DNA of 64,000 bases from a virus: positions 1 to 64,000 of the IMG/VR virus record IMGVR_UViG_3300036770_004428; one strand, written 5' to 3'. The translations under genes were made by a program, and so were the position numbers. The notes under the pieces were generated by a model. That model saw only the letters and a list, made by a program, of their open reading frames with translations. It did not search any database and was not told the DNA's origin. Of this stretch, positions 37,254 to 47,700 are shown one piece after another. The stretch's first letter is position 1; each line of letters opens with the position of its first letter.

Positions 37254-38141
37254 TTAGAATGGATCTTCGTCACCGTAATCATCGTCATCATCCATAGATG
37301 GTGTACTTACTTTAGTACTTTCTTTTTTAGGAGCTGACTTAAATGAAGATTCAGAATCAGAGTCATCACCTTTAGCAACAAATTTCTCAAGATTTTTATC
37401 CCATGTAGGGGTCTCACCGTCAGCGATTAATTGTACATAATCTAAAGGTTGTGCCTTGTAAATTTCTTTCCAAGTCATTGTATCACCCATCCATTCTTTA
37501 GCTTTAGCTGACTTAGGGTCGGTTAAAACATCTACATCTTCAGCCATAATAGAAGTTATTTTAGCATAACCTTTATTATCACGACCAATAATTAAAGTAA
37601 TATCTCTACCTTCTCTAGGGTCTGTGATATCACCTCTTTTTGTAAACAAAGGAATGATTTTATCTAAAGCTCCTTCACCTTTATAGTTGTGTGGAAATCT
37701 CCAAAATTTAATACCATCACCTTCATTAGCTCTATCAATAATTCTAGCTAAATAGAATTTTTTAGCAGAATACTGTGTTGCTAGTTCTTTGTCTGTTTTG
37801 TTTCCTGTTTCTTTCCATGATTTGAAAAGTTCGTCTGAAACTTCACATAGTGGACAATGTTCTCCATCGTTATGTTTTCTACAATAGATTTTTCTCCACT
37901 TACCACCGACTTTAATTGAGTGCCAGTGTCCCTCATCAAATGGTGTATCACCTTCTTTTACAACAGGGTGAACACCTTTTTTAGGTGGCATAAGTCTAAC
38001 GGTTGATTCTCCGTTGTCTGTGCCTTCCTCTAATCTTACAGCAAAATATTTACTGAAATCTTGTTCGTATGAACCACCTGAACTACTTCCTCCAGATTTG
38101 TTACCTTCATACTGTTTTGCAATCGCATCGAGTACACTCAT
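37254..38141 (-). CDS. single-stranded DNA-binding protein (T4 gp32-like)
   Basis: VRLMP, HWH, C...CPLCE zinc site, DITDPREGRDI, acidic tail ending DEDPF. Confidence 0.85.
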   Translation of the reverse strand: MSVLDAIAKQYEGNKSGGSSSGGSYEQDFSKYFAVRLEEGTDNGESTVRLMPPKKGVHPVVKEGDTPFDEGHWHSIKVGGKWRKIYCRKHNDGEHCPLCEVSDELFKSWKETGNKTDKELATQYSAKKFYLARIIDRANEGDGIKFWRFPHNYKGEGALDKIIPLFTKRGDITDPREGRDITLIIGRDNKGYAKITSIMAEDVDVLTDPKSAKAKEWMGDTMTWKEIYKAQPLDYVQLIADGETPTWDKNLEKFVAKGDDSDSESSFKSAPKKESTKVSTPSMDDDDDYGDEDPF

Positions 38142-38183
38142 AATTACTTTTTTTTTGTTAATTAATAATTTGTTATCTGTTTA

Positions 38184-38212
38184 ATTATAATAAAACATTC
38201 TTATTTAGTAAA
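38184..38212 (-). promoter_or_regulatory. sigma70-like promoter TTTACT-N17-TATAAT heading the SSB-RecA-helicase-RNR operon
   Basis: -35 at 38207-38212, -10 at 38184-38189, exact 17-nt spacer, directly after a terminator. Confidence 0.6.
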
Positions 38213-38213
38213 T

Positions 38214-38240
38214 AAAAAAGAGGTCCGAAAACCTCTTTTA
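38214..38240 (-). terminator. intrinsic terminator
   Basis: AAAAGAGGT-CCGAAA-ACCTCTTTT with A/T tails. Confidence 0.8.
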
Positions 38241-38258
38241 TTTTTATTTAATTTGATT

Positions 38259-39077
38259 TTAATTTTTAATTTTTTTTCTTAATTTAGATTCAGGCATAAA
38301 TGATTTTTTGACACTTTCTTCACTATAATCAGAATCTAATTCTTCAGGCGTTAAAACATATTCTTGACTTACACCATCTTCTGTTTTTTCACCAGTAGAG
38401 ATTTTATATCTACTATCTTTAGCCGCTTTTTCTTCCCAATAATCAGATAATTTCATGTTGAACGGGTAAGAATCTAATGAACGTAATTCTAATTTTTCTT
38501 CAGGTGTTTTAATGTCTTGTTCTAATTTACCTATTTTATTAGCTATATCATCCATTTTAGATAATTGTGCCTCTAAATTAGATAACTTATCTGTTAAAGA
38601 TTGTAGATAAGAACTATTTTGTTGCCCAACTGTTACAGCTTGTTGTGCCATTTCTTTTGCTTCATCAGAACCTTTTACGATAGCTGTTACATCTATTTCT
38701 TCAACATCACCCTCATCTTCAGTTGTTCCCTCTAAATCATCAGCAGCACTAAATTCATCAGCAGTACCAAATTCATCTTCTGTTGCTGGTTCTTCAGTAT
38801 CAGTCTCCTCTTCTTCAGGTGAACCCTCATCACCAAAATCAAAATCAGTGTTTTCTTCATTTCCACCTTCTTCATCTGTTACTGGTTCTTCAGTATCAGC
38901 CTCCTCTTCTTCAGGGTCTGCCTCATTTAAGATTTCTGATTCACTAAAATAAGCACTCCTATCTGGACTCATCCTTTCAGATATCATACCTTTTTCTGGT
39001 TTATAACCAAATAATTGTTTAAATCTTTCTAAATCTTCGTTTATTTTATTTTTAGCCATTTTATCTAGTATATTCAC
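38259..39077 (-). CDS. acidic coiled-coil protein, possible scaffold/internal head protein
   Basis: Glu/Asp-rich; KINEDLERFKQL and ILNEA motifs; true start is probably MAKNK at 39059. Confidence 0.55.
   Translation of the reverse strand: MNILDKMAKNKINEDLERFKQLFGYKPEKGMISERMSPDRSAYFSESEILNEADPEEEEADTEEPVTDEEGGNEENTDFDFGDEGSPEEEETDTEEPATEDEFGTADEFSAADDLEGTTEDEGDVEEIDVTAIVKGSDEAKEMAQQAVTVGQQNSSYLQSLTDKLSNLEAQLSKMDDIANKIGKLEQDIKTPEEKLELRSLDSYPFNMKLSDYWEEKAAKDSRYKISTGEKTEDGVSQEYVLTPEELDSDYSEESVKKSFMPESKLRKKIKN
38786..38915. repeat. 34-bp direct repeat (38786-38819 and 38882-38915)
   Basis: ctggttcttcagtatcag(t/c)ctcctcttcttcagg, 33/34 identical; encodes PEEEE(A/T)DTEEP. Confidence 0.85.
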
Positions 39078-39246
39078 TTAAAAGTTGACGACCATCATTA
39101 GTGATGATTTTCTTATGTTCTCTTTGAACTAGTTCATCATTATCTTTAATTAAACACTCTTCTTCTTCACAATTTTTATTGTTATTTATAAAATTGTTTA
39201 ATTTATTTTGTAGATCTTTTTCTTTGTTTTTAGTATTATCTTCCAT
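39061..39246 (-). CDS. small hypothetical protein
   Basis: 61 aa, preceded by the late motif. Confidence 0.6.
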   Translation of the reverse strand: MEDNTKNKEKDLQNKLNNFINNNKNCEEEECLIKDNDELVQREHKKIITNDGRQLLSEYTR

Positions 39247-39258
39247 AATTACTTTATT

Positions 39259-39267
39259 TATAAATAT
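39259..39267 (-). promoter_or_regulatory. putative late promoter motif ATATTTATA
   Basis: About 13 nt upstream of ATG 39246. Confidence 0.55.
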
Positions 39268-39271
39268 GCCT

Positions 39272-39676
39272 TTATTCTATAATCTTCTTATTAAGGGGTA
39301 AAATTTCTAAAACATCATTTTTTAAAGAAACCATAGTATTTTCGTATTTAGACCAATCTATCTCATACTGACTATAGTCAGCGTTACCTTTTGATATATT
39401 GTGTTCTTTTTCTACTAATTTATTTAAGGAATTAATTGTGAAAAATGTGGTACCCTTTTTATGTATTTGTACTGTATTAGGTAACTCTTTTTTAATATCT
39501 ATTTTTTGGTCGAAATCAAGGAATAACCTATATGTTAGAATTAACTGATTATCATTTGTTTCAAAAAGAAAAACTGATTGTTTTTTAACACCAAAATTTT
39601 TATATATTTTATATAGGAATTTATCTAAGTATTCAGAATTAATGAACGTTGCCAATAGTATTACTTTTTTTTGCAT
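39272..39676 (-). CDS. hypothetical protein
   Basis: 134-aa ORF, IHKK..TFFTINSLNKL. Confidence 0.6.
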   Translation of the reverse strand: MQKKVILLATFINSEYLDKFLYKIYKNFGVKKQSVFLFETNDNQLILTYRLFLDFDQKIDIKKELPNTVQIHKKGTTFFTINSLNKLVEKEHNISKGNADYSQYEIDWSKYENTMVSLKNDVLEILPLNKKIIE

Positions 39677-40205
39677 TCAAGTATGGTATATATTTTATAT
39701 CAAGATTTTTTAAAATTTCAGGTACTTTACCAATTTCTTTTATATTCAATATTTCTTTAATCTCGTTTATAATGTCCCAAGACATAAAATTCAAAAGACT
39801 AATGTCTATGTGATATATTTCTCTACCACAATAAACATAAAGTCTTTCAGAATATAAATATCCGTCACATCCTTGAACTGCTTCTTTTAGATAATTTAGG
39901 TATTCTATTTTGTTTTCAAAATTTAATGGATTTAAATTATTAGTTTTGACTTCAGATAATAAACTTTGTATTCCCTCAAAAACTAATGATTTTATATTTT
40001 CTTCAAAAATTTTTCTTTTTTCTCTAGGAGAAAACGTCCAATAAACATTTTTATCTATTTTATGGTTTAAAATTGTTGCACCCCTTTCTTTAGCAATATC
40101 CCAACCAACAATTATTTCAATAATACCGGAATCAAAAGACATAATATCGTTCATATAAGAACTAACTAAATCTTTTTCTTCTGTTGTTATTTTAATTAAA
40201 TCCAT
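39639..40205 (-). CDS. hypothetical protein
   Basis: 188-aa ORF with a TTTATT-N17-TATAAT element upstream. Confidence 0.6.
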   Translation of the reverse strand: MDLIKITTEEKDLVSSYMNDIMSFDSGIIEIIVGWDIAKERGATILNHKIDKNVYWTFSPREKRKIFEENIKSLVFEGIQSLLSEVKTNNLNPLNFENKIEYLNYLKEAVQGCDGYLYSERLYVYCGREIYHIDISLLNFMSWDIINEIKEILNIKEIGKVPEILKNLDIKYIPYLNAKKSNTIGNVH

Positions 40206-40259
40206 ATTTTAATTATATGAAAAATTAAACAACAAATAAAGTTGTTTTAAATTATAATC

Positions 40260-41786
40260 TTACAATTGAGATATGGGGTAGTTTTGTATTTTTTGTAGGT
40301 TGGCACTACTTCCACCTTCAAACTGATGTATTGCCTTAACTAATGTTTTAAACATTTTTATATTATCAGCATTTGTCTCATTCTTCCCTTTAAATGCTGG
40401 TAATTTTGAGGTAAAGGTGACGGTAGATTTCCATGTTTTCATTTTTTCTACAACAAATTTTTTATATTCTTCAGAATAACCAGAGTCATACCGTGTAAGG
40501 ATTTTTTGGATGGTGTCAAGATTATATTTTGTAAAATAACCAGAAAGATTTTTCATACCACCTCTAATACCATTATCTATATTATCAAACACAACAAAAT
40601 ATTTTCCAGAATTAGATGCCTTTTTCTTACCAGTAGTACCATTCCATTGAGCTTCTAGAGTATCAGGAGTAAGAGGAACCAAATTAAAAGGGTTTTTATC
40701 TGTTGCAGTGACATACGAACCAGAAAGTATTGGTACTTTTCCACTACCGTTTCCATTTTCTCCAGCGGAGTTTGATGTTGCTGCTTGTGTACCAGTGCCA
40801 CTCGTATATTTTAAAAAGTATTGTCTTATCTTTATTGGGCTAGTTACATTTAAATCTAGAACAGTTGTCCAATTAGATAATGAGGGACTAGAAGCTTTTA
40901 GTTCAGGTATTTGGTTAGCAGCTCTTTGGTCAGCACCACTTCCCGCTGAACCTCTAGTTGAAACTCCTGCCCAAGTTTTACCATCTTTACTTTCGTCTAT
41001 AGTAACCTCCCATGAAACATTATAACCATTAAATTTAATACTTATTTTTGTTACATCAGGTTTCACACCTTTACTAATTAAGTCAGACAAGACTTGGTTC
41101 ACACCTTTTCCAGCATAAGTTCCTCCTTGTGTTCCTACTTTAACGTAACTAGCCCATTGAGCAGGTACAGGATCAGTTCTAAACATATATCCACCAAATT
41201 TATCACTAGCTCTTCTATCAAAAGAGTGTAATGCATCACCCCTCGCGTCAATATTTTCAGGGACTTTATAACTACCTTTAATGACTATAGGTAAATTAGC
41301 CTTTTTAGTTTTACCACAAATTTCTAACTTATTTTTAAGTTGTGCTGTTAACCCACCACTGACATCAAAAAATGTTTTTACTTGATTTTGGGATCCTCTA
41401 ACCATTTGTTTACCATCTGAAAGTTTCACATAGTAACCAACACCACATTTATAATGTAATGTTCCAGCTGATTTTAAATTACCGTTGTCGTCAGTTATAT
41501 TTGTATTAACGACTACACTTCCAAAAGAATCAACTAATTGTATAAATTTTGTTGCTTTGGATTTAGCTTCGTTGCCGTCAACAGTAAAACTTAACCCTTT
41601 AAAAATTTTTATAGAATAACTACCATCTTCTTTAGATTGTAAAAGGTAAGAATCACTTTGTAATGTATACTTATTATTGTTTACATTACTATTTAAATTA
41701 CCACCACTAACTGTAGACCCATCAGAATTTTCTACAAGAACATTACCGTTTGAATCTACTACTGTATTACTTTCATTACAAGCCAT
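40260..41786 (-). CDS. virion-associated protein with C-terminal lysozyme-like domain
   Basis: NPFNL...FVVFDNIDNGIRGGMKNL..Y....LDTIQKILTRY resembles the NPGNI..F...GIRA..L..Y..TI..II.RW phage muralytic family. Confidence 0.55.
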   Translation of the reverse strand: MACNESNTVVDSNGNVLVENSDGSTVSGGNLNSNVNNNKYTLQSDSYLLQSKEDGSYSIKIFKGLSFTVDGNEAKSKATKFIQLVDSFGSVVVNTNITDDNGNLKSAGTLHYKCGVGYYVKLSDGKQMVRGSQNQVKTFFDVSGGLTAQLKNKLEICGKTKKANLPIVIKGSYKVPENIDARGDALHSFDRRASDKFGGYMFRTDPVPAQWASYVKVGTQGGTYAGKGVNQVLSDLISKGVKPDVTKISIKFNGYNVSWEVTIDESKDGKTWAGVSTRGSAGSGADQRAANQIPELKASSPSLSNWTTVLDLNVTSPIKIRQYFLKYTSGTGTQAATSNSAGENGNGSGKVPILSGSYVTATDKNPFNLVPLTPDTLEAQWNGTTGKKKASNSGKYFVVFDNIDNGIRGGMKNLSGYFTKYNLDTIQKILTRYDSGYSEEYKKFVVEKMKTWKSTVTFTSKLPAFKGKNETNADNIKMFKTLVKAIHQFEGGSSANLQKIQNYPISQL

Positions 41787-41798
41787 ATATTATTTTTT

Positions 41799-44700
41799 TT
41801 ATCCACCATTTATTGACCAATGCCAAGGTTCAACCTCGTAATTATAAAAATCATATTTATTAGCGTTTGCTAATAACCAATCAAGACATTTTTTACCGTT
41901 TGATTTAGGACAACTTTTTATGGCTGCAGACGTTGGTTTGATTGGGTGACATACTGTACCCGTATTACCACAGGCAAAATCTATTGCCACACCCATCTGA
42001 TGGTTTGATTTACCAGCTGGTGCTGTTGGGTTTTTTTTACATTGTCCGCTTCTTGTCCAATTATCTGGACACCCATTATCTTTTCCAATACGTTTTTGGT
42101 CTGCCATTGTTCTAAATACACTACCAGCCTTTAATGGTACTCCCGCCGCATTAGCGTCTTTTAACATTTTTAAAGTATTTTCAGCTATAACAGCGTTAAC
42201 TTTTCCTGCGTTACTAGCTTTAATATATAAATTAGTGTCATTTAATTTACATAATTTTATTCTATATCTTTTAAGGTTATTATAACCATCTTCTACACCG
42301 GCGTCAGTAAATCCGGCAGGACATTTAGCGTCTTCATTAGAACCTGGTTTCCAATTTTTACCTGCTCCTGATGCTTGGGTATTATCAACTGGTTGTGATT
42401 TACAAGCTCCAAATACAGCTAAAGCGTGATTAACCCTTTTATTTTTTTCTTCTCCAGTTTTACAAGCATCACATCTTTCATATTTAAGAGCGAAGGTTAC
42501 GGTCGCTTCCTCAACTGTTTTAGCTTTTTTAAGTTCAACAATATTTGTACCATTCCAAGAAGTTTTAAGCCATTCTTTTAAATAACTGAAATTAATTTCA
42601 TCTGTAGCATTTGTTGTTGTTAAATCAACACCTTTAGCTTTAGCATGTGTAATAAAATCGTTTTTAAGGTTATAATAAGTCCATTGTGCCCAACCGTATC
42701 CTTTACAAAGAGAAGGTTTATATGGTGGTGGGTCAACACAAGTACTTGGGAATTCTGTTCCGTTCCAACCACCACTCTCAGTAATGTTACCATCAGGACA
42801 ATTTCCTGAAGAACATTGTACTATAGCTGGTCTTAAACCACTTTCCCTAATTAGGTTACCAACGACACCACAAGCTTGTTCTAGTGTTAAACCAACATCA
42901 GAAACCAATCCTTGAGCTATCGCACAACCTTTTTGGTTAACATCCGAACTACCGAATGAAATATCTGAATCACCTCCACCAAATACATCACAATCGTCAA
43001 GTGTTGTTGTATCTAAAACTAATGTATCGTTTCTACCTGTTTTTGCTTCGATAGTTTTTAAAGTATCACTCATAGCTATAGCAACATCTTCAACGACAGG
43101 CACCGTAGCTATTGGTTGTCTAACACCTTTAAAGTTAGTTTCTATGTGATGTGGTTTAATATTGTGTGAAACTTCTGTAATTAAATAGGTTCCGTAGAAC
43201 ATTGGTATATTAGATAATTCAAAATATTGTAAAGGTTGTATCATCATATTACCTAATGAACCGACCTTACAAGTGTAAGACCTAGTTAAATATATATTAT
43301 GTAAATTATTACCTTTTTGTGTTCTATTTGCTGGGTTACCACCATCGGCTAATTTTTCTATAACTAATAAAGATTCATTGGTTTCAGTAAATTCCGTTTG
43401 GTCCAATTCAACCGACTTAAAGTGATTTTGATTTTCTAATCCATAAGCCACTCTAAATGCTGTGAATCCCTGATTTTCTATTCTACTATTGTCTTTATAT
43501 TCGTATTTATTAGGTGATGGTTCTGATGTACCTAAAACATCGTCACCTGAAGGGTGTTGGTACTCATATGGCGTTTCGGCTCCTTCTTCAGATAATGGAA
43601 ATCCATCGTCATTATAATCCATATCCTCTTGATCCTTTGGACAATTTGGTTTTGGTTTTAGGTCTACCATCCTAGATGTACCCCCTACATACATACAAAT
43701 AAAATTAGGTCCACTAGCTTTAACAATATTATCTGTAAAAGGTGAAAACATTTCTCTAGCAACCTTTGCTGTATCACCATTCTTATCACCTGTAAAATTT
43801 GTAAATGAAGGTAATGGAAAGAAATCAAATTTATTTTCACCCAATAAATCTGATATTTGGTTATAAAAACTAATTTTAGGATTGTCTTTCATTGATTTTA
43901 ATTTCGTAACATCTAAAACAGCTTTGTTACCAATTTCACCCATAACTCTATTAACATAAGTAAAGTGTCCTGCTAAAGGAACTCTTTCTGAACCTTTATA
44001 ACCAACAACATCACTATCTGTTATATTAAAGAAATAAGTGTTTTTACCCCCATTAGATCTTGAAGATGATATCCATTTATCACAAATAGATTTAAATGTT
44101 CTATATAAGGATAATTTAGTATCACTATCATCTAAAACACTATCATCTTCTGGTTTTGCATCTTCACTTAATTGTTCTTCTTTTGCTTTATAAGAAGCAT
44201 TCCACTCTTTTTGAAAAGCTTCTAAATATTTTTCAATAACAACTTTATTAGCCATAAAGGCGGATTTATTATTACTCTCTGAAGTAGATTTACCAGGGTA
44301 AACATCTAAACCAAAAAGTTTAGGCGTAGAAACCATTATTTGGTAATATTTACCAAAAATACTTTCAAAAAAATCTTTTACTTCCGTTATTTGGGGATCT
44401 AAAGCTATAACCCCGGAATAAGCATTATCCACCTGACCCGCTTCTGTAGTACTATCAGCAGCATCACCACCAATTAATTGATTTAAAGCAATACTATATC
44501 CATCAGTATTCGCTTTTTTGTAAAAACTACTAAAGCCATAACTTTTAGCTATTAAATTATCACCTTCTTTTTGGCCAAAATTAACTGGATCTATTATTTT
44601 TAAACCATTATTTTTCCATTCCCCATCACACCATTTTTCAAACTCTTCAACAAATCTTTCTTTAACAAAGGTTGGTAATAAAGCTATTAATTCAGAATAT

Positions 44701-47700
44701 TTACCCCCGTCTATTGTAAACCAATTTTTAACATCAGTACCATTTATTTCACACCCATAAACCCAAAATTTAGTTGTATCTGTGTAACTAATAACCTCTT
44801 TTTCTGGTTTTTTATAATTTAAAGAGGATTTATTTAAAAATGAGTTATTAATGTCATAACGATAAGCATATTTTTCGGTGGTAGAAAAACCACCAGCAAA
44901 ATTACTATTATCACTACCCAAATGACCAAAATTACCGACATAATCCCTAAATGGCATATCACTTGGTATTAGAGTTAATGTTTTTTCTACTTGTGTGTTA
45001 TAACCTTCTTTATTTGTACCTCCTTGTACGTCATTAATTACATAACCAAGATTTCCATTAGCACTAACAGCTTCAGTATAAAAATGTTGCCAAGGTGTTA
45101 TAAATAATATAGGCCAATATGTATATCTAGATGCTTCACTAGCATTTTCTATTTGTTTATTTTGTGGTAATCCATAACTTAAAAAATCCTCGTATATATA
45201 AGAATTAACTTGATCTGTTAACATTGGGTCGTCATATACAAAACTCCAGTAAAGTTGTGTCCATATAAAACCACCGCCCTTGTTTGTCCAAGATTGTGGT
45301 CTTGTTTTCCTTAATATTTCGTCATTGTTATAAACACCCCAATAATCAAAATTATAACCAAGGGTACCATATAGTGGGGCTAGTTGGGTGCTGAGATTAT
45401 CAGCGGTATTAGCGTCATAAAAACCTCTATTATGATTTAACCATCTTGTTGTAGATGCAACAAAACAACTAAGTTGTGTGTTAACTTTTGTGTCATGTCT
45501 AGTAGTCCAAAGTTGTCTACCAGGTGTTTCTTTATATAAAAGATTTTCATAAGTTTCGAAACTTTCACTATTCAATGTAAATTCTCTGGTTGTACTTCTA
45601 TTTCTTCTACCACCACCACAACCATCACATATACCAACACCAAATTGTATATTATTTTTGTTTTCTAATGAGTTTACGGCTTGTGATGGGTGTCCAGGTT
45701 GTGCTAATGGGTCAAAACCTATTGGTAACTCTTCAAAATTTGGGTGTCTCCATCTAATGTTTCCATTGGCATCTTTATTAACCCCCATATACATTTTCCA
45801 TCTCCATAACACAGAACCTATACCGTAAACCCAAACTTTAGGTACTTTTATTAATCCTGCGGATAAAGCAAATGGTATTAAAGCTTTAGGATAATGTTCG
45901 TTTATATAATTAAAAACAGCATCACCAGCATCATTATTTTGTCTTGCTCCAGCAGTAATAAATGGTGTTGTTTTACAAGAAGCTAAAAACAAATAAGCTA
46001 AATTCCTACTTTCTATTTCTTCACTTGTATAATCATTAGGTCTATCTATAGTTGATGCCACCGGACCTTTTAAAGGATAAGAAGTGGTTGTTAAAGGTCT
46101 TCCATAACCAGTTGCTAAGGCGGAAAGGTTTTGTCCAGAACCCTTAACGTGTGTTGTAGCTTCTCTAAATCTATTAACATTGTCTAACCATAATGGTGTC
46201 ATTATCATAGTTTCATAAGTTATGGTATCACCCCAACCTTCTCTAGCATCATCACCAGCTCCAGCATCTTTAAGTTTTTGCCAATCTAAACTATCCTTAT
46301 CAAATGAACTAGCATCACCAAAAGAAACACTAGTTTTATATGCCGCCTGATTTTCATAAGCTGTTTTGTTAAGAAATATACCCCTACTAGATATTTCGGT
46401 AGTAAAATTCCAAGCACTTTCACCTTCTTGTGTTTGAACAAAATAATTATTACCACCACAAGGAGCTAAATAATTACTTAAAAGTGTTTCACTTATATTC
46501 CAAATATTTTGTCCCCTATATTTTTGTTGGGTATTGGCAACAAAAAGTGGTAAACAAGCATAGTAAGGACTGAATTTTGGATCTGTCGGTATCCCTTGTG
46601 TGTCGTCAAACGCACTTTGACCTATATTTAAAGTGGTGAATAGACCTTTACCCGATTCGTTAGAACCATCAAAATAATTTAATTTATGATCATCATTTTT
46701 ACTATAAAAAATATAACTATTTGTTGCTTTTAAAGCAGCACCATCTTTTAAATAATTTTTATAAGAATCACCTAAACCTTTAATTAGATTGTCTTTTCTA
46801 TCTTTTTCGCCGTCAGGTTTATCATTGAAAGTCATTTTTCTAACGCCACTTCTTTCATCTTCTTCCCACATTTGGAAAAGGTATTCGGGTCTCATTTGTG
46901 ATATGTCAGTGTATATTCTAACACCGTAAGGGTCATCTTTATCACCAAGACTACCACGAGATTTTATACCTAAAAAATTTATATGACCAGCTTGTGGGTG
47001 ATAGGCCCAATATGTATCCTCCCAACCAGGTATATCCGTTAAATTATTTTCTAATATTTTATTTGTTGTGTTAGTGTATCCCCCTGTTTGTGACTTATAG
47101 TCATAATTTTCATTAAACCAATCTAATTCTCTATTACTTGAATTGGGTTCGGTTCTATTTTCAGATATTTTTTTAAATACTCTAGCAATATCATCTGATA
47201 ATTTACCTTGTTTTATTATTAAATTTATTTGTTGTGCAATTTTTTTATCATCAATACAAGAGAGTAAATTATGTGCATCGATTGATGCAAGAACTGTTAT
47301 TGGTGTATTTGGGTCATCTTCTATTTGACTGTCTATTTTATAATAGTTGGTCCCTCCCATCCACAATCTTCTTTTATTAAAATCACTTATAGACTCTAAA
47401 GCATCTAAATTGTTTTCATTACTAAAACCCTTTTTTTGTGGTGCAGAAAATCCCATTCCAATATTAAAAGGGTTGTATCTAACTGGATCAAAATGAGTAA
47501 AATCTAGTGTGACAAACATTCTTTCACCAATATATTGTAATAAAACACTATTAAAATCCTTACCATCTAAATCAGATGACATTAAATCCAAATACTTTAT
47601 TGACAACTCTGTCCCATTATGTGTTAATCGACTTTCTAATGGGTTTATTGGGATGTAATTATCGAATCCAGGTACACCTGTTAAATCTTCCGCTAAAGTT

